Both the position numbers and the translations under genes were made by a program. Below, in pieces: positions 30,301 through 39,437 of a stretch of DNA of 55,661 nt. How positions within the stretch are numbered: the first letter of the stretch is position 1; every line of letters begins with the position of its first letter. Below the pieces are notes generated by a model. It saw nothing but the letters and a program-made list of their open reading frames with translations, was not told the origin of the DNA and did no database searches. The stretch comes from a virus (Duplodnaviria; Caudoviricetes): the IMG/VR virus record IMGVR_UViG_3300025122_000018, positions 1 through 55,661 of that record; one strand, given 5' to 3'.

Positions 30301-33300
30301 GAAGAGCCTGTCAAGCATTTAGTTAAGAAGGTCTTGGACGAGGGGCATAGGCCTACTTATAGCAATGCCTACAATGCAGGAGAGAAAGGCGTTTGGTTTA
30401 CGCGATCAGATGGTTCTGAGGGCTTCTACCGTTTATCTGATAACGAACTAAAGGCTTTATTTAAGGAAGCACCAGAGAAAGCAACTACACGCACCTCTCG
30501 CATTAAGTTCAAAGACAAGAAAGCGCCTAAGAAGCCTCAGCCGGGTCCAGACCTACAGCCATCGACTGATATAGATCGAATCTTTATTGAGCCAGCAGTG
30601 GCCAAGGAAGTGAACCTCTATCCTGAGGTGGTGAAAAGTGGTGCTGAAGTAAAGAGGCTTGGCTGGTATCCGTTTGTTCAGAGGAAGGGTACGGTAGATC
30701 CGCTTAGGCAGCTTGAGATAGGCACGGAGTTTTCTGTATGGTCGCAGGGAGAGAAGAGGAATCAGCTTGTTCTTCAAGCTGGTGGAGTCCTAGTAGATTC
30801 AAGGAAAGCCAAAGATTCTGATGAGCTTGTCTTTTTCTTTGAGAGAAACGGGCTTGGCTTTGATGTGAGAGAGTCAGAGCTAAGGTTGTTTCAAGCCGGA
30901 GATCCGTCAAGCACGATGCACGGTGCCGGTAAGAAAGTATTCTTTAAGACACCTCTAACGAAGGTCGCAAAGACAGACCCAGTAAAGATACCAGATACCT
31001 TCGATGCGGCGCTTGCCGGTGATTTCACTGATGGCGTTGTTGCTGGTAAGCTTCGGCCAATTACGGTAGATTCTGCGATTGCCGTCTATCAGGATGGAAA
31101 GCTTGTTGATGGCGGCAGGATTACATCACAGCACGGGGGAGACTTCAAACTAGATACTGGTCGTTCGATTAATGAAAAGGTCTTTATAAAGATTCTTAGG
31201 GGGAAGCACGAAGATAAGAACGTACAGGCTCTTGTTCTTAGGCCAAACAAAACTAGGCAAGCACAGAGGAATAAGGCTGCCTTGATGGATGACCTTGAAG
31301 AGCAGCTTATCGAATACTATGAGCCAGAGCTTGCCCCTCTAACAAGACCAAAGGGAGCGCCAAAACGGAGACAAGGAAAGATTGCTGAATCTGATTTAAG
31401 GCTCACAAATCTTCAGAAATCCATTGATAAAATTGATGGCGAAATGGGCAATCTCAGATCTTGGGTCTGGGCTTACACAAAAGATACGCTTAAGGTAGCA
31501 GACCCCAAAACCGTGGCTGATGAGGTTGTTGATTTGTTTTGGGGAGCCAGAGAGGTTCTTGAAAAACTGAAAGATTATAAGATCACAGCACAAAAGTTTA
31601 ATGCTAATGACATTGAACTTATGGTGGACTATTTACATAACCTCCGCAGATTAATGGGTGGGCTAGACGCACCAGACACGGGGGTATCAACTGTTCTTAG
31701 AGAGCTTATGAGGAGTGAGGCTTTTAAGAGGAAGCTGTATGAGGTTGCCGATTCATCTAAGATTCTTATGAGCACTTCCAGAAGAATAGACTCAATATTA
31801 CCAAGACTAAAAGGACTAACTCCTTTCCATAAGGACATGCACAACACACTTTCTGGTCTACTTAAGTTTGATGAGAAGGCCGTAGAAGGTGCGCTAAGGT
31901 CGTTAGAGACTGGATTCAAATCTGGTTCTCGGTCTAAGTTTCCTGATGTTGGATCGTATGCTATGGCATCAACAGCAGCCAGCAGACAGCAACTAACCGA
32001 GGCTGGGTTCCGCGCTTTCCGTTTGCGTAGGGCGCTCAAGGATATGTCTGATGATGAGGTAGCAGCAACTCTGGCAAAGATAGTAAGCAAGAATAAGGAT
32101 GTTGATCCTATTGTATTCTCTGTTCTTAAGAAGGCATTCGGCAGAGAGGCAAAGAAGATTAAGGCAGTGTTCGGAAGCCCAGACCTATCTCTTGCTAAGT
32201 TGGATAAAGAGATGGAGATTATTAAGAAATCTGTCTCAGAGTACATAGTCCCCCCAAAGATTCCAAAGAGAGTGCCTAAGAAGGCGAGGGGCAAGGCACC
32301 TAAAGAGGAGTCTGGGCTTGAGTCTTTGCAGAAGGATTTGAAGAAAGAACTTAGCAAGACCAAGGCCAAGCTTCCAAAGCTTGAAGAAGGTGCATACTCT
32401 GGTCGGGACTTGGAGAACTGGGAAACCAAGATGATGGCTGAGTTCAATCACTTAACAAAGGACTTAAGCGAGGAAGATACTTTGCTGGCAGTCATGGGGG
32501 TTCTCAAAGAAGCTCCGATGTTTGTGAATAAGGAGACTCACCCTGCGTTAGCAAAGCTTTATCCGGGGCTTATTGGTAGAAGATATACACCTGTGGACCC
32601 AGTTCTTAAACCAGTTATGGATGAAGCCCATGCTATAATTAAGAGATACGAGGCTGAGTATGCTGAGAGGGGCTATACTTGGGCAGCATCACCAGAAAGA
32701 ATAATGAGAGACTGGGGAGTAATAGAGTTTACTCCCCATATCTACAAAGAGATTGATAAGAATATTCTCTACGAGATCCATCGGGGCAGGGTTCGGGCTG
32801 CGGGTTCGGCTGGTGGTCTTGACAATGCTCTGATGACTACTATGGAGGCAAGCCACCGCAGGAAGCTATCTGGTTCTATCTTAGAACTAAAAGCCCTTAA
32901 GAATACTGGTCACGATAAGATTCTTACTGCTGATCCGCTTGAGATATATGCTAGATATTGTCAGGCTAACAGGGCAATGACCAATGAAGATCTCTTAGTA
33001 ACAATGATGGATACGGGTACGGCTCAGGTTTTGTCGGCACAAAGAGCAGCAGATGGTTCTATTGTAAAGACTATAGAACAGGTCGCTGCTGATGGTGATT
33101 GGGTTCCTGTGTTTAACATGAGCAACATCCAGAGAGATGTGAATGTAATGCACCGTGGCAATCTTGAGCAATGGCTTGCGTCCGGCATGACCCCAGAGGA
33201 TGTGGCGAGTTACTTTAAGAATCGTGGTAAGGAAATGATTGGCGGGGTAATGACTGACACCCTGTTCGCCAGCTTTATCAAGAGTTCTCCGCGCATGAGG

Positions 33301-35580
33301 TACTTGAGAAAGACAGAGCAAACTGTTGTTAGGATTAGGGCAGCACAGGCCGCCGCCGGAGAGGAGCTATTTGATCCTATCGCCGTCTATAGTCGTAGGA
33401 TAGAAGAGCAGATGGACGAAGCAGGACGGGTTTGGGATAGGACTCGTAAATCTGAAGTGCCTCCAGATGATCTTAAATTTGTTCGCTTCGAGGAGCTAAG
33501 AGACACGCGGTCGGCTCTTGGTAAAAAGATATTTGAAGATCTTGCTGATGAGGCCAACACCCTTAGGCAGAAGTACGCGACAGATGCTCCTCGCTTAGAG
33601 TGGGACCATCTTAAATATTATTTTGACCAAGATACCCGCTTCTGGCAAACATATATTAAACGCGCCTTCAAAGTAAATATGGAAGAAGTTTTGGATATGG
33701 GGTCTATTGGTAAGCTGGCAGGGTCGGCACCGGTTCAGTATCTTAGGGCAGCACAGGCTTTCTGGAAGACAAGAGTTACAGTAACTTCTGTTGCCTTCTC
33801 AACTCGTAATGCCATTTCAAATACTGTCTCTAATATCTTAGACCTTGGCATTAAGGGTGCGCTAAGTCCCTTTAATCTTATTCTAGGTGGACAGCTATCT
33901 CTTGGCCTTATGATCAAAGAAAGGTACGGCAGCATAGAGAAATACTTCCATCTGATTGATACTGGTGACGACGCTTTCAGGGCTGCCCAGAAACATATAA
34001 CCAAATTCTCTGGCCTGAGAAAGCTTCATGAGAATGGTATTGATTTCAGGAATGGAATAATTCGTCCACTAGATGATGTGCTTGATGACTTCGTGGAAAC
34101 GAATGTTGTTAGCCCTTCCTTTGTTTCGTTCTCAGATATTACTAAGGCTGAAACGGATCTGCTTGAGCAGATGGCTTCTGGTAATGGTGTGGCCCAACTC
34201 CTTGGTAAGAAGATGGGTGGAGTTGACCTAGAAGATGTTGCTCTTTTTGGAATGACCTTCGCCGTTTCGGGGTTCCCTGTCGCGTTGCCTAAGAACTGGG
34301 GCGGAAAGTACCTAGCAAGAACAGTTGAGAATCAAGCAAGGATAACAAACTTTCTTGGTAACTATAGAAGAACCGGGCAATGGGCTGATTCGGTAAACCA
34401 TGTTCATAAGTTCTTGTTTAACTATGGTGACTTAACAAATACCCAGAAGCAAGTGATGAGGCTTATCTTTCCGTGGTTTACATGGAACATAAAGAATGTT
34501 CACTTGCAGTGGAACATGATGCAGAAGTCTCCTCACTTCTATGCGACATTCCACAGGATGATGACAGATGGTGTGCCACAGATATTTGAGGCAACCCAAT
34601 CACAGGCCGAGGGCCGTGGCTATGTGAAGTCAGACCCCTTAGACATGGAGACACTACGCCTGAGAGAGACACACTATATGCACACAATAGGTGTCCCTCT
34701 ACCCACCCTTGAGGGCACTCCATTTGAAAATATTCCAGTACCATACTTGGATAGAAAAGATAAGGGTGAGTTTTTTAAGATGGGTAAGCTGGGTAAGAAC
34801 TGGTTCCCACTCCTAAAGCACGCGAAGCTTCAAGGTCTTGGCCTACCACAAGAAGCCTTTATGAATCAGGTGTCCTTGCTTAGTGGTCTTGTAGACCCAC
34901 AGAACTGGGGCGTGGGTATGCTCTTGCCGGATGAGTTCCTTAAACCAATAGGGCTTAGTGGCAAGACAGCAAGGGCTAGACAGTATTCAGATAGGGCTAG
35001 GCAGTCTAGGTTGTTGGGGGAGGTTCACTTCTTGGCCCGTGTAGCGGTTGAGCAGATGACTAAAAGGCACAGCTTCTACGGTAAAGAGATATCAGAACTA
35101 AATGATGGCCGTCTTGTTAGTGAGATACTGAGGCCACTAGATGCTATACCGCTGGTCGGCGCACCCATGAAGGCTTACCTTGCTGATAGGGCTGGCTTAA
35201 AGCAGTATACCTATTACGATAAGTTCAATAAACAGTGGCGAACTAAGATACATATTGATGGACAGATGAACTATTTGCTTGGACAGTTGCCTTGGATGCG
35301 TAACTTCAGAGATGCGGCTGCTGCTACAGAAATGTTCTACGCAAGCAGAACTGTTCCGACAGAGACTTTGCTTGCCGATGGTGTTCAGGTATCAGACCTT
35401 AGAGAGATTCCATATGCGGCATCGTTGGCTGATGCTCTGTCTGGCATTAATATCAAACAACTTGACCCAGAGCTAATGGCGGCATATGCTCAGTACAGAT
35501 TGGATAAGCTGCGTAGAAAGCAGTTGAGGTCTTTGGGTATTATCAAGGACTTCTCACAATCTTATGTCCCATACAGATAG
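24388..35580 (+). CDS. Giant polyvalent internal virion / ejection protein with zincin domain
   Basis: 3730 aa; hydrophobic Gly-rich N-terminus; LAHETLHAVT (28030-28044) plus EEFISYGVSSPEF; C-terminal FSTRNAISN and FNYGDLT..R.IFPWFTW motifs like large phage ejection proteins. Confidence 0.75.
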   Translation: MAEEGSKQAAISSDEGVNQEAFALSRSPIKDTGIPLYPEHAIKSGLIAEDVNSGISSRFSDPVSPSYSIPRIDQTKSDILSGMRHPSQGRTETGAVISTPMARERAHLLFTLAKLKPHLDSGAMSSAGAYATGERGMLTLEELQEAHDPTALEYIGLAFEPFDAPRRAVWGAAAYLGQYLPDPGSLAGDAIQSVVGVVGGLALGTSVGLTEGVWTLGLGATVGAIASLWDDDENEESPSSPIVPGQEAVDGFMEMVENLYDAVATGELYETSKTRIRPNLYADWSRTGIVTGDMLIDAMLTKGQAWELSQDATKAPHLRAFARHVSTDVGRLSYGLLAEFIVDPLWIWGPGKAGSFASRVRYGDDIFHLLGPAAKGASSVQNVARAKRGADALMFNKIVANMVRSTDPKVVESSTAAVAHYGKIAAAQVVDSRNNLEAIAKALQDGGDLGKAVRSQSQRVFDQAEVLSKELIIEGKEGQAARILEIAKQKKILADSIQDAAGQARWLKQQSRMIANEIKTFEKHADNISLSIRAAADARQAGDLSKLVKQKGFLSYHMPFTTKFGYVFKSGPLDNATALLRASPIASKFIDDFSLTGLQAKVDEAAIGLKGDERVPTASEVFAGDPAALLAYQTQRIVQWPAHWAGAFFTGVAATIGSRMIQPITETMSVARYQKQGLVRGIPYLGNKMLIKIQKVNPELWEKQQANITDYLNSFTGLDMKLTTELERLGKKAQEALKIRRKISVKEGARLQRLISTTSDQAEKAELQARLERVMAWNNKKEYSEQDIMLEALDALDRGAKRWHSLSDEVLEVMEELKALRDAFAADPAVAGAKIKFEQGMVSMARFAKGDIDHKAKLLSMLEVINAQMSNVSTFRDLSRSRTHQAILKRVTQLRSLEEGVAGLGVDVLARALEEVKVLKDSGIVDEAIYAEHMLEHLTKVTGTATSARRVLRQFALALGETDGTLALRKLFERLGGSLEFAEGAKLKKNFNSAMTHAINKYLATLKEEHRMLDSAYKKGLVLSEGTKLKVGEKNFYSGMTRKEFRSLLKEMIRDNDETWKVLVPEHERELFETWVTGVEPPSVKARKAREKTYSSRPADWFDGKVVTDKVKVTVNNGIINRVIREQVEASKDGLVSLKDLIRSIPKLDEFENNGYVSLLNILSEKVGKDVRIGWLEDSKLVGEYRPKQVVEGVKQPRRVLISDNAPDALQALAHETLHAVTVNRYRNAAKAWQKGEKTASSHASDNLRKLFNYVVDRAKNDPELLLKHGIVQGQPLRDFLASPEEFISYGVSSPEFARFLDSIPYLASKRTSVFDVFWGKVKKLFGLRRKDTAYRELNLIVSELLTAKDSIVRGRKPKGFPMADSAKRFEKPPSVERRGVFDFEPHEKAHWNQARSYYDRVGVLKGVSRKTYRTAKDTTAKRHEVIGPAATFAEHEGYRLSDVLTGRGIKIHKRFQLDKDHGWYLVTPRPAKKLNPAKVRADKADELEEIIEPVEPVKPVRGRRVKFKGEEAAPVKPTKKAKHASTETAQVSHDVDPVVPTETKGRRVKLKPGKPKTGVYQHRRGELSKKGFFRSSYRLDETYKVEKVKEEWVVRRFNEDKSLSSVEGSPESFSTRGEAARWLKRFDDERGLPEWKPVTVKWDRVRVPGLKQMRLSFTDPNGNGLFYLSMTDPYSPTKRVINIIGPEGVVDTIKPSKNPKTGKVTPATKGRAAEALKEHLDNIEGNVPDTPAVSKLKKKLVEEAEEQGIIGSDPPIVERMSQPRAGNYDIDELLDTGYKQLTPGTKLKKDDVVAIFDGNSASPDDMWRVESAFQTMDGQEIGLVARNGKTTRTLETDELDDIQVYFKRDEAKTKTKPKQPKVKKGRGKVKFKEAVEEAPEVTRGALEDVFPEEYMGMVDDAKRIKRSGGAAIYPTYKALKDEWLEVIKPLMPKATKKELNARLKVELTKSGIETKAKWLAYRSKSIDEIVEEPVKHLVKKVLDEGHRPTYSNAYNAGEKGVWFTRSDGSEGFYRLSDNELKALFKEAPEKATTRTSRIKFKDKKAPKKPQPGPDLQPSTDIDRIFIEPAVAKEVNLYPEVVKSGAEVKRLGWYPFVQRKGTVDPLRQLEIGTEFSVWSQGEKRNQLVLQAGGVLVDSRKAKDSDELVFFFERNGLGFDVRESELRLFQAGDPSSTMHGAGKKVFFKTPLTKVAKTDPVKIPDTFDAALAGDFTDGVVAGKLRPITVDSAIAVYQDGKLVDGGRITSQHGGDFKLDTGRSINEKVFIKILRGKHEDKNVQALVLRPNKTRQAQRNKAALMDDLEEQLIEYYEPELAPLTRPKGAPKRRQGKIAESDLRLTNLQKSIDKIDGEMGNLRSWVWAYTKDTLKVADPKTVADEVVDLFWGAREVLEKLKDYKITAQKFNANDIELMVDYLHNLRRLMGGLDAPDTGVSTVLRELMRSEAFKRKLYEVADSSKILMSTSRRIDSILPRLKGLTPFHKDMHNTLSGLLKFDEKAVEGALRSLETGFKSGSRSKFPDVGSYAMASTAASRQQLTEAGFRAFRLRRALKDMSDDEVAATLAKIVSKNKDVDPIVFSVLKKAFGREAKKIKAVFGSPDLSLAKLDKEMEIIKKSVSEYIVPPKIPKRVPKKARGKAPKEESGLESLQKDLKKELSKTKAKLPKLEEGAYSGRDLENWETKMMAEFNHLTKDLSEEDTLLAVMGVLKEAPMFVNKETHPALAKLYPGLIGRRYTPVDPVLKPVMDEAHAIIKRYEAEYAERGYTWAASPERIMRDWGVIEFTPHIYKEIDKNILYEIHRGRVRAAGSAGGLDNALMTTMEASHRRKLSGSILELKALKNTGHDKILTADPLEIYARYCQANRAMTNEDLLVTMMDTGTAQVLSAQRAADGSIVKTIEQVAADGDWVPVFNMSNIQRDVNVMHRGNLEQWLASGMTPEDVASYFKNRGKEMIGGVMTDTLFASFIKSSPRMRYLRKTEQTVVRIRAAQAAAGEELFDPIAVYSRRIEEQMDEAGRVWDRTRKSEVPPDDLKFVRFEELRDTRSALGKKIFEDLADEANTLRQKYATDAPRLEWDHLKYYFDQDTRFWQTYIKRAFKVNMEEVLDMGSIGKLAGSAPVQYLRAAQAFWKTRVTVTSVAFSTRNAISNTVSNILDLGIKGALSPFNLILGGQLSLGLMIKERYGSIEKYFHLIDTGDDAFRAAQKHITKFSGLRKLHENGIDFRNGIIRPLDDVLDDFVETNVVSPSFVSFSDITKAETDLLEQMASGNGVAQLLGKKMGGVDLEDVALFGMTFAVSGFPVALPKNWGGKYLARTVENQARITNFLGNYRRTGQWADSVNHVHKFLFNYGDLTNTQKQVMRLIFPWFTWNIKNVHLQWNMMQKSPHFYATFHRMMTDGVPQIFEATQSQAEGRGYVKSDPLDMETLRLRETHYMHTIGVPLPTLEGTPFENIPVPYLDRKDKGEFFKMGKLGKNWFPLLKHAKLQGLGLPQEAFMNQVSLLSGLVDPQNWGVGMLLPDEFLKPIGLSGKTARARQYSDRARQSRLLGEVHFLARVAVEQMTKRHSFYGKEISELNDGRLVSEILRPLDAIPLVGAPMKAYLADRAGLKQYTYYDKFNKQWRTKIHIDGQMNYLLGQLPWMRNFRDAAAATEMFYASRTVPTETLLADGVQVSDLREIPYAASLADALSGINIKQLDPELMAAYAQYRLDKLRRKQLRSLGIIKDFSQSYVPYR

Positions 35581-35588
35581 GAGAGACT

Positions 35589-35771
35589 ATGTTAGAAAAA
35601 TTGAAATCCCGTAAGTTTTGGATGGCCCTTGGTGGAGCGTTGCTGCCCATCGTTGCTCAAGCAATGACCGGAGAGGTTGGCTGGGAAGAAGCCTGTATGT
35701 TTTCTGTCGGTGTTCTGATGTCTTATATCATTGGTCAAGGCTATGTTGATGGTCAGATTGCTGGTCAGTAG
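35589..35771 (+). CDS. Putative holin
   Basis: 60 aa; KLKSRKFW start and two TM segments, YIIGQGYVD. Confidence 0.6.
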   Translation: MLEKLKSRKFWMALGGALLPIVAQAMTGEVGWEEACMFSVGVLMSYIIGQGYVDGQIAGQ

Positions 35772-35787
35772 ACAAGGATAGGTCAAC

Positions 35788-35982
35788 ATGCTTGGCGGGA
35801 AAGTCATGATACTGTTAGCTAGGGTTCTTCCTGCAATAATCAGGGAGAGACAGACTCAGCGGAAGATGGCTAAATTGTCAAGCAGCGATGGTGGCACCGA
35901 CATAACTAGGGAAGAGAGGGTTATGATAGTGAGAGAAAGCCTAGAGGCTGCTCTTGAAGCCATTATAGACGACTTGGATTAG
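35788..35982 (+). CDS. Hypothetical protein
   Basis: 64-aa ORF between membrane-protein genes. Confidence 0.55.
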   Translation: MLGGKVMILLARVLPAIIRERQTQRKMAKLSSSDGGTDITREERVMIVRESLEAALEAIIDDLD

Positions 35983-35984
35983 TT

Positions 35985-36248
35985 ATGGAAGACAGTCAGC
36001 TAGTGTTATCGGTCGCCCAAGGGATACTGATGGTAGGTATTACTATTGTTGGTTACTTCATTAGGCGACTGATAACCAATTACGACCATCTCAGTAGGGA
36101 TATCTTAAAGCTGCGGGAGCGGGTTATCAGGCTTGAGTCTAAGTCTGAGAACTACAATGAAAAGCTTGCTGAAGTCAAGACCAAGCTTGATGATATCGAT
36201 GCTAATATTATGTGGGTTAGAGAGAAGGTTGCCTCGCTTAGTGGTTAG
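35985..36248 (+). CDS. Membrane-anchored coiled-coil protein (lysis-associated?)
   Basis: One N-terminal TM segment followed by a heptad coiled coil. Confidence 0.55.
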   Translation: MEDSQLVLSVAQGILMVGITIVGYFIRRLITNYDHLSRDILKLRERVIRLESKSENYNEKLAEVKTKLDDIDANIMWVREKVASLSG

Positions 36249-37884
36249 CTGTCCACTGTAGCTTTAGTCTTTTCCTTTGCGCGTCAAGCCTCTCTGTTCC
36301 ACTAAGCTCAGTGATAGACCTCTCTATGTACCGAAGCTCTAGTCGGGAAGCTGTCTGGCTAATAGAGCACTGCTGGTCATCAGATACAGCCAGCTTTAGA
36401 AGCTCTCCCTGTAGGTGTGGTGCTGCCTTTCTTGCTGCTTCATGTATGGGTGCGCCATTTACCAGCAGCCGTATAACAGATCTCTCTTCTTTGCCATCTA
36501 TCCACTTTAGTTTAATTGATTGCTTGATCTCACTAAGTTCATTGGGCCTCATAATACAGCACCTAGCCACGGAAAGGACAAGTGGATCAGCTATGCGCTC
36601 TTGCTTCTCTTCCATGATAATAGATGGTGCCTCTGAGACAAGAGACTTTAGTGCTTCTGGTGATGTGCCCAGAACGCTTGCTGCCTGTCTAAGAACAATG
36701 TCTTTAGCCACGCCTTGGTAAAGTCTAATCACTGGCTTGATAGCTATGGCTGCTTCTTGTCTTCCGTTTGGTGTGCTTGGGTACGAGTCGGATAAGTGCC
36801 TAAGCCAAACATCAAGCAATGGCTTAGCATCTTCAATCGCATTTACAACAATCATCTCATCAGTATCGCAGCAGTCTGCTGGATCTCTGCCCTCTGGTAG
36901 ACGGGCTATAGCTGCATCAACATTGTACTTGGATAGAACAGGCAGGGCTTTCATTGCAGCACCGTTCCCAGCCTTGTCTCCATCAAAGAAGCATATGGCT
37001 TTCTTCGTTAGTCTAGAGAAGCTCTTAACCATATCCTTAGTTAGTGCTGTTCCGCAGGTTGCGACGACTTCCTTGTATCCGGTTTGGTTAACCCTTATCG
37101 CATCAAAGTATCCTTCGACTATTACAATCTGACCGTTCTCTCTGACATGTGGCAATGCGTTTGATAGTCCGTATAGTATTTGAGACTTCTGGTATAGGCT
37201 GGTTTCCTTTCCGTTGATATACTTAGCCTTTGATTTGCCGGTGATATCCCTTCCAGCAAACGCAACCACCTTACCTATCTTGTTCTTTATAGGGAAAACA
37301 ATCCTTCCTTTGAAGGTAGAGTATATGCCGTATTGTCCATCAGAAAGTATACCGGCATTGATGGCGTGTTCCGTCAGGTTCAAGTCTCTAAAGGTTTTGA
37401 TGAACTCTGGATCATTACTAGGAGCATAACCAATTTCCCAATCAACTATAGAACCGACAAGTATTCCCCTGCTGCCCAAGTATTTCATTGCCTTTTCGTT
37501 TGAGGAAAGTTGTTTCTTGTAGTATCGGCAAGCAATGTCTAAGGCTCTACGCATCTGGTACTGTGCCTGTATTCTCTCATCATCTACCTCATCACTAATC
37601 TCTATGTTGAATCTTTCAGCAACATGGTGAACAGCCTCTCCGAAGGCTAGTCCATTGAGAACCATTGGAATAGTAAAGATGTCACCCTTCGCTCCACAGC
37701 CGTGGCAATAGTATACTCCGCGCTTAGGCTCTAGATGAAGGCTTGCGGTCTTCTCTTCATGGAATGGACACATAGCCCAGTGCCCCTTCTTCTTCTTATC
37801 TAGCGTTGTGTAGTCGCTTATTAGATCAAGAAGGTCTGCCTTCTTTCTAACTGTTTCTATTAGGTTATTACTATACTTCATCAT
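36238..37884 (-). CDS. dnaG: DNA primase (DnaG type)
   Basis: CHC2 finger CPFHEEKTAS..CHGC; GRIVFPI, KYING, VEGYFD, FDGDKAG, GRDPAD TOPRIM motifs. Confidence 0.95.
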   Translation of the reverse strand: MMKYSNNLIETVRKKADLLDLISDYTTLDKKKKGHWAMCPFHEEKTASLHLEPKRGVYYCHGCGAKGDIFTIPMVLNGLAFGEAVHHVAERFNIEISDEVDDERIQAQYQMRRALDIACRYYKKQLSSNEKAMKYLGSRGILVGSIVDWEIGYAPSNDPEFIKTFRDLNLTEHAINAGILSDGQYGIYSTFKGRIVFPIKNKIGKVVAFAGRDITGKSKAKYINGKETSLYQKSQILYGLSNALPHVRENGQIVIVEGYFDAIRVNQTGYKEVVATCGTALTKDMVKSFSRLTKKAICFFDGDKAGNGAAMKALPVLSKYNVDAAIARLPEGRDPADCCDTDEMIVVNAIEDAKPLLDVWLRHLSDSYPSTPNGRQEAAIAIKPVIRLYQGVAKDIVLRQAASVLGTSPEALKSLVSEAPSIIMEEKQERIADPLVLSVARCCIMRPNELSEIKQSIKLKWIDGKEERSVIRLLVNGAPIHEAARKAAPHLQGELLKLAVSDDQQCSISQTASRLELRYIERSITELSGTERLDAQRKRLKLQWTANH

Positions 37885-37906
37885 CTTTCCTTATTAGTTG
37901 TTATTA

Positions 37907-38386
37907 TTAAGATATCTGGTTGATGAAGGTTGCTGCAACCCATAAGGCATCAGCCTCATCATCACTCTTTGTTTTCCACCCCCCTGTTCCCCACCGTTCA
38001 ACGGCGGTAGCTATCATTGCGTTCTTCTTTGCGTTGCCCTTTCCGGTCGCAAACTTTTTTATAGTACCCACCCCTATTCCTGTGTACGGTATCTTTGGAT
38101 CTCTTCCTTCCAGCGTTGCCTGTAGTGTTGCTAATAGTCCTCCGTATACATGGGCAGCGGCGACACCCCTATGTCTATGGATTGCTTCAAAGGCTAGGCT
38201 GCTACATGGCCACTCTTTGAGTAAGGATTCTATTGCTGCTCTGAATCTTATGTATCGCATACCCCCACCCTCAAACCTCTTTGGCTGAAAGTTCCAGTGA
38301 CCAGAGGCGAGTCGGTTACCATCCATATCAAGAACAGCCCACCCTGTCTTTGTTCCTAAGTCTAAGCCAATAATAATCTTATTCAT
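37907..38386 (-). CDS. ruvC: RuvC-like Holliday junction resolvase
   Basis: IGLDLGTKTGW, IKKFATGKGNAKK, DDEADAL. Confidence 0.85.
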   Translation of the reverse strand: MNKIIIGLDLGTKTGWAVLDMDGNRLASGHWNFQPKRFEGGGMRYIRFRAAIESLLKEWPCSSLAFEAIHRHRGVAAAHVYGGLLATLQATLEGRDPKIPYTGIGVGTIKKFATGKGNAKKNAMIATAVERWGTGGWKTKSDDEADALWVAATFINQIS

Positions 38387-38723
38387 TTGGTAGCTCTTTG
38401 AGTTTGTTCTTGCTCTGGTATACTGGTGTCCACCAGTCTTGTTCCCTGAACGGGAGTTTGTTTTTTGATGGGACTATATCTTCATGTCCCTCTATCCACT
38501 TGTTCACCAAGTATCTTACTGGTGGTGCTAGTCGTTTTACCCTACCGTCTGGACAGGCTAAGCCATCTAGCCATTTATAGAATCTTGTTCTGTCTAGCCT
38601 TAGCCCAGTAGACACAAACAGATTGTGCTGCATAGCTGCAATAGAACCGTAGTACTCATGCAACTCCAGAAGCCTTCTTCTTGCTACTGTTGCAGACACA
38701 AACTGCCTGTGCGCTCTGGTCAC
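38379..38723 (-). CDS. Hypothetical protein (possible HTH)
   Basis: 114 aa, GTG start, within the replication operon. Confidence 0.55.
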   Translation of the reverse strand: MTRAHRQFVSATVARRRLLELHEYYGSIAAMQHNLFVSTGLRLDRTRFYKWLDGLACPDGRVKRLAPPVRYLVNKWIEGHEDIVPSKNKLPFREQDWWTPVYQSKNKLKELPNE

Positions 38724-38978
38724 CTAAGGGCCATCGGATATGCCTATCACTGAATCCATCAGAAAGTTGTCATCAGAATAGAGCATTACATTACCGTGCT
38801 CGACTAAAATTACACCACCAACCTTGCCACCACGCCTTACAAGAATGCGAGTGACATGATCAAGAGAGCAAGCATCAACCGCCCTCTTTGCGCTGCCGAT
38901 GTTGTGAGCACAAAAGATGTGATCACCAATGACATCTGATTCTAATTCTTTCGGCTTTAGTTTAACTCGACGACCCAT
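38724..38978 (-). CDS. Hypothetical protein
   Basis: 84 aa, GGAGGTG RBS. Confidence 0.6.
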   Translation of the reverse strand: MGRRVKLKPKELESDVIGDHIFCAHNIGSAKRAVDACSLDHVTRILVRRGGKVGGVILVEHGNVMLYSDDNFLMDSVIGISDGP

Positions 38979-38988
38979 GCTTCACCTC

Positions 38989-39435
38989 CTAGAACGGAAC
39001 ATCATCGGACTCACCAGAGTAGCCACTTGGCGATGGGTTGCCCGTGTTAATGGCTCCCCTACCCCTACCCTGAGGTGGTGTACTAACAGTAACAGACTCA
39101 TTGCTTCTGTCGTCGGCCCGAATTACATTGCCTTCTATATCAACCTGCTGTGCAGAGTTAGCAGTCAGCGAAGAGAAGTACGACGACTGCCCGTTCTTTT
39201 CTACTTTTCGGGTTGAGTATTTGCCCTGAACCATAATTAGCTGGCCCTCTTGGAAAGTCCTTGCTGTCTTCTTAACATAGTCAGACCATACATTGATGGT
39301 GTGATAGCTGTCATAAGTGTTGCCACCGTATGACTCCCATGTTTTAATTCTTATGTTAAGAACTGACTTTTGCCCAACAGATTTTTCTTCTGGAGTAGCG
39401 ACAACTTTTCCTATTAATGTACAATGATTCAACAT
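38989..39435 (-). CDS. ssb: Single-stranded DNA-binding protein
   Basis: MLNHCTLIGKV OB-fold start, GQLIMVQGK, acidic tail ending DDVPF. Confidence 0.9.
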   Translation of the reverse strand: MLNHCTLIGKVVATPEEKSVGQKSVLNIRIKTWESYGGNTYDSYHTINVWSDYVKKTARTFQEGQLIMVQGKYSTRKVEKNGQSSYFSSLTANSAQQVDIEGNVIRADDRSNESVTVSTPPQGRGRGAINTGNPSPSGYSGESDDVPF

Positions 39436-39437
39436 TT

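Noticed and set aside
28890-30516. RVKF/KVKF/RIKF as eukaryotic PP1-docking RVxF motifs
   Set aside because: The genome is a bacteriophage (peptidoglycan amidase, SD sites); the motif is short and common in basic sequence
24388-35580. Virion RNA polymerase (N4- or crAss-like), suggested by size and zincin domain
   Set aside because: No DxDxD/DFDGD catalytic motif (only NYDIDE) and no convincing T7-type motifs seen; a structure search is needed to exclude it fully
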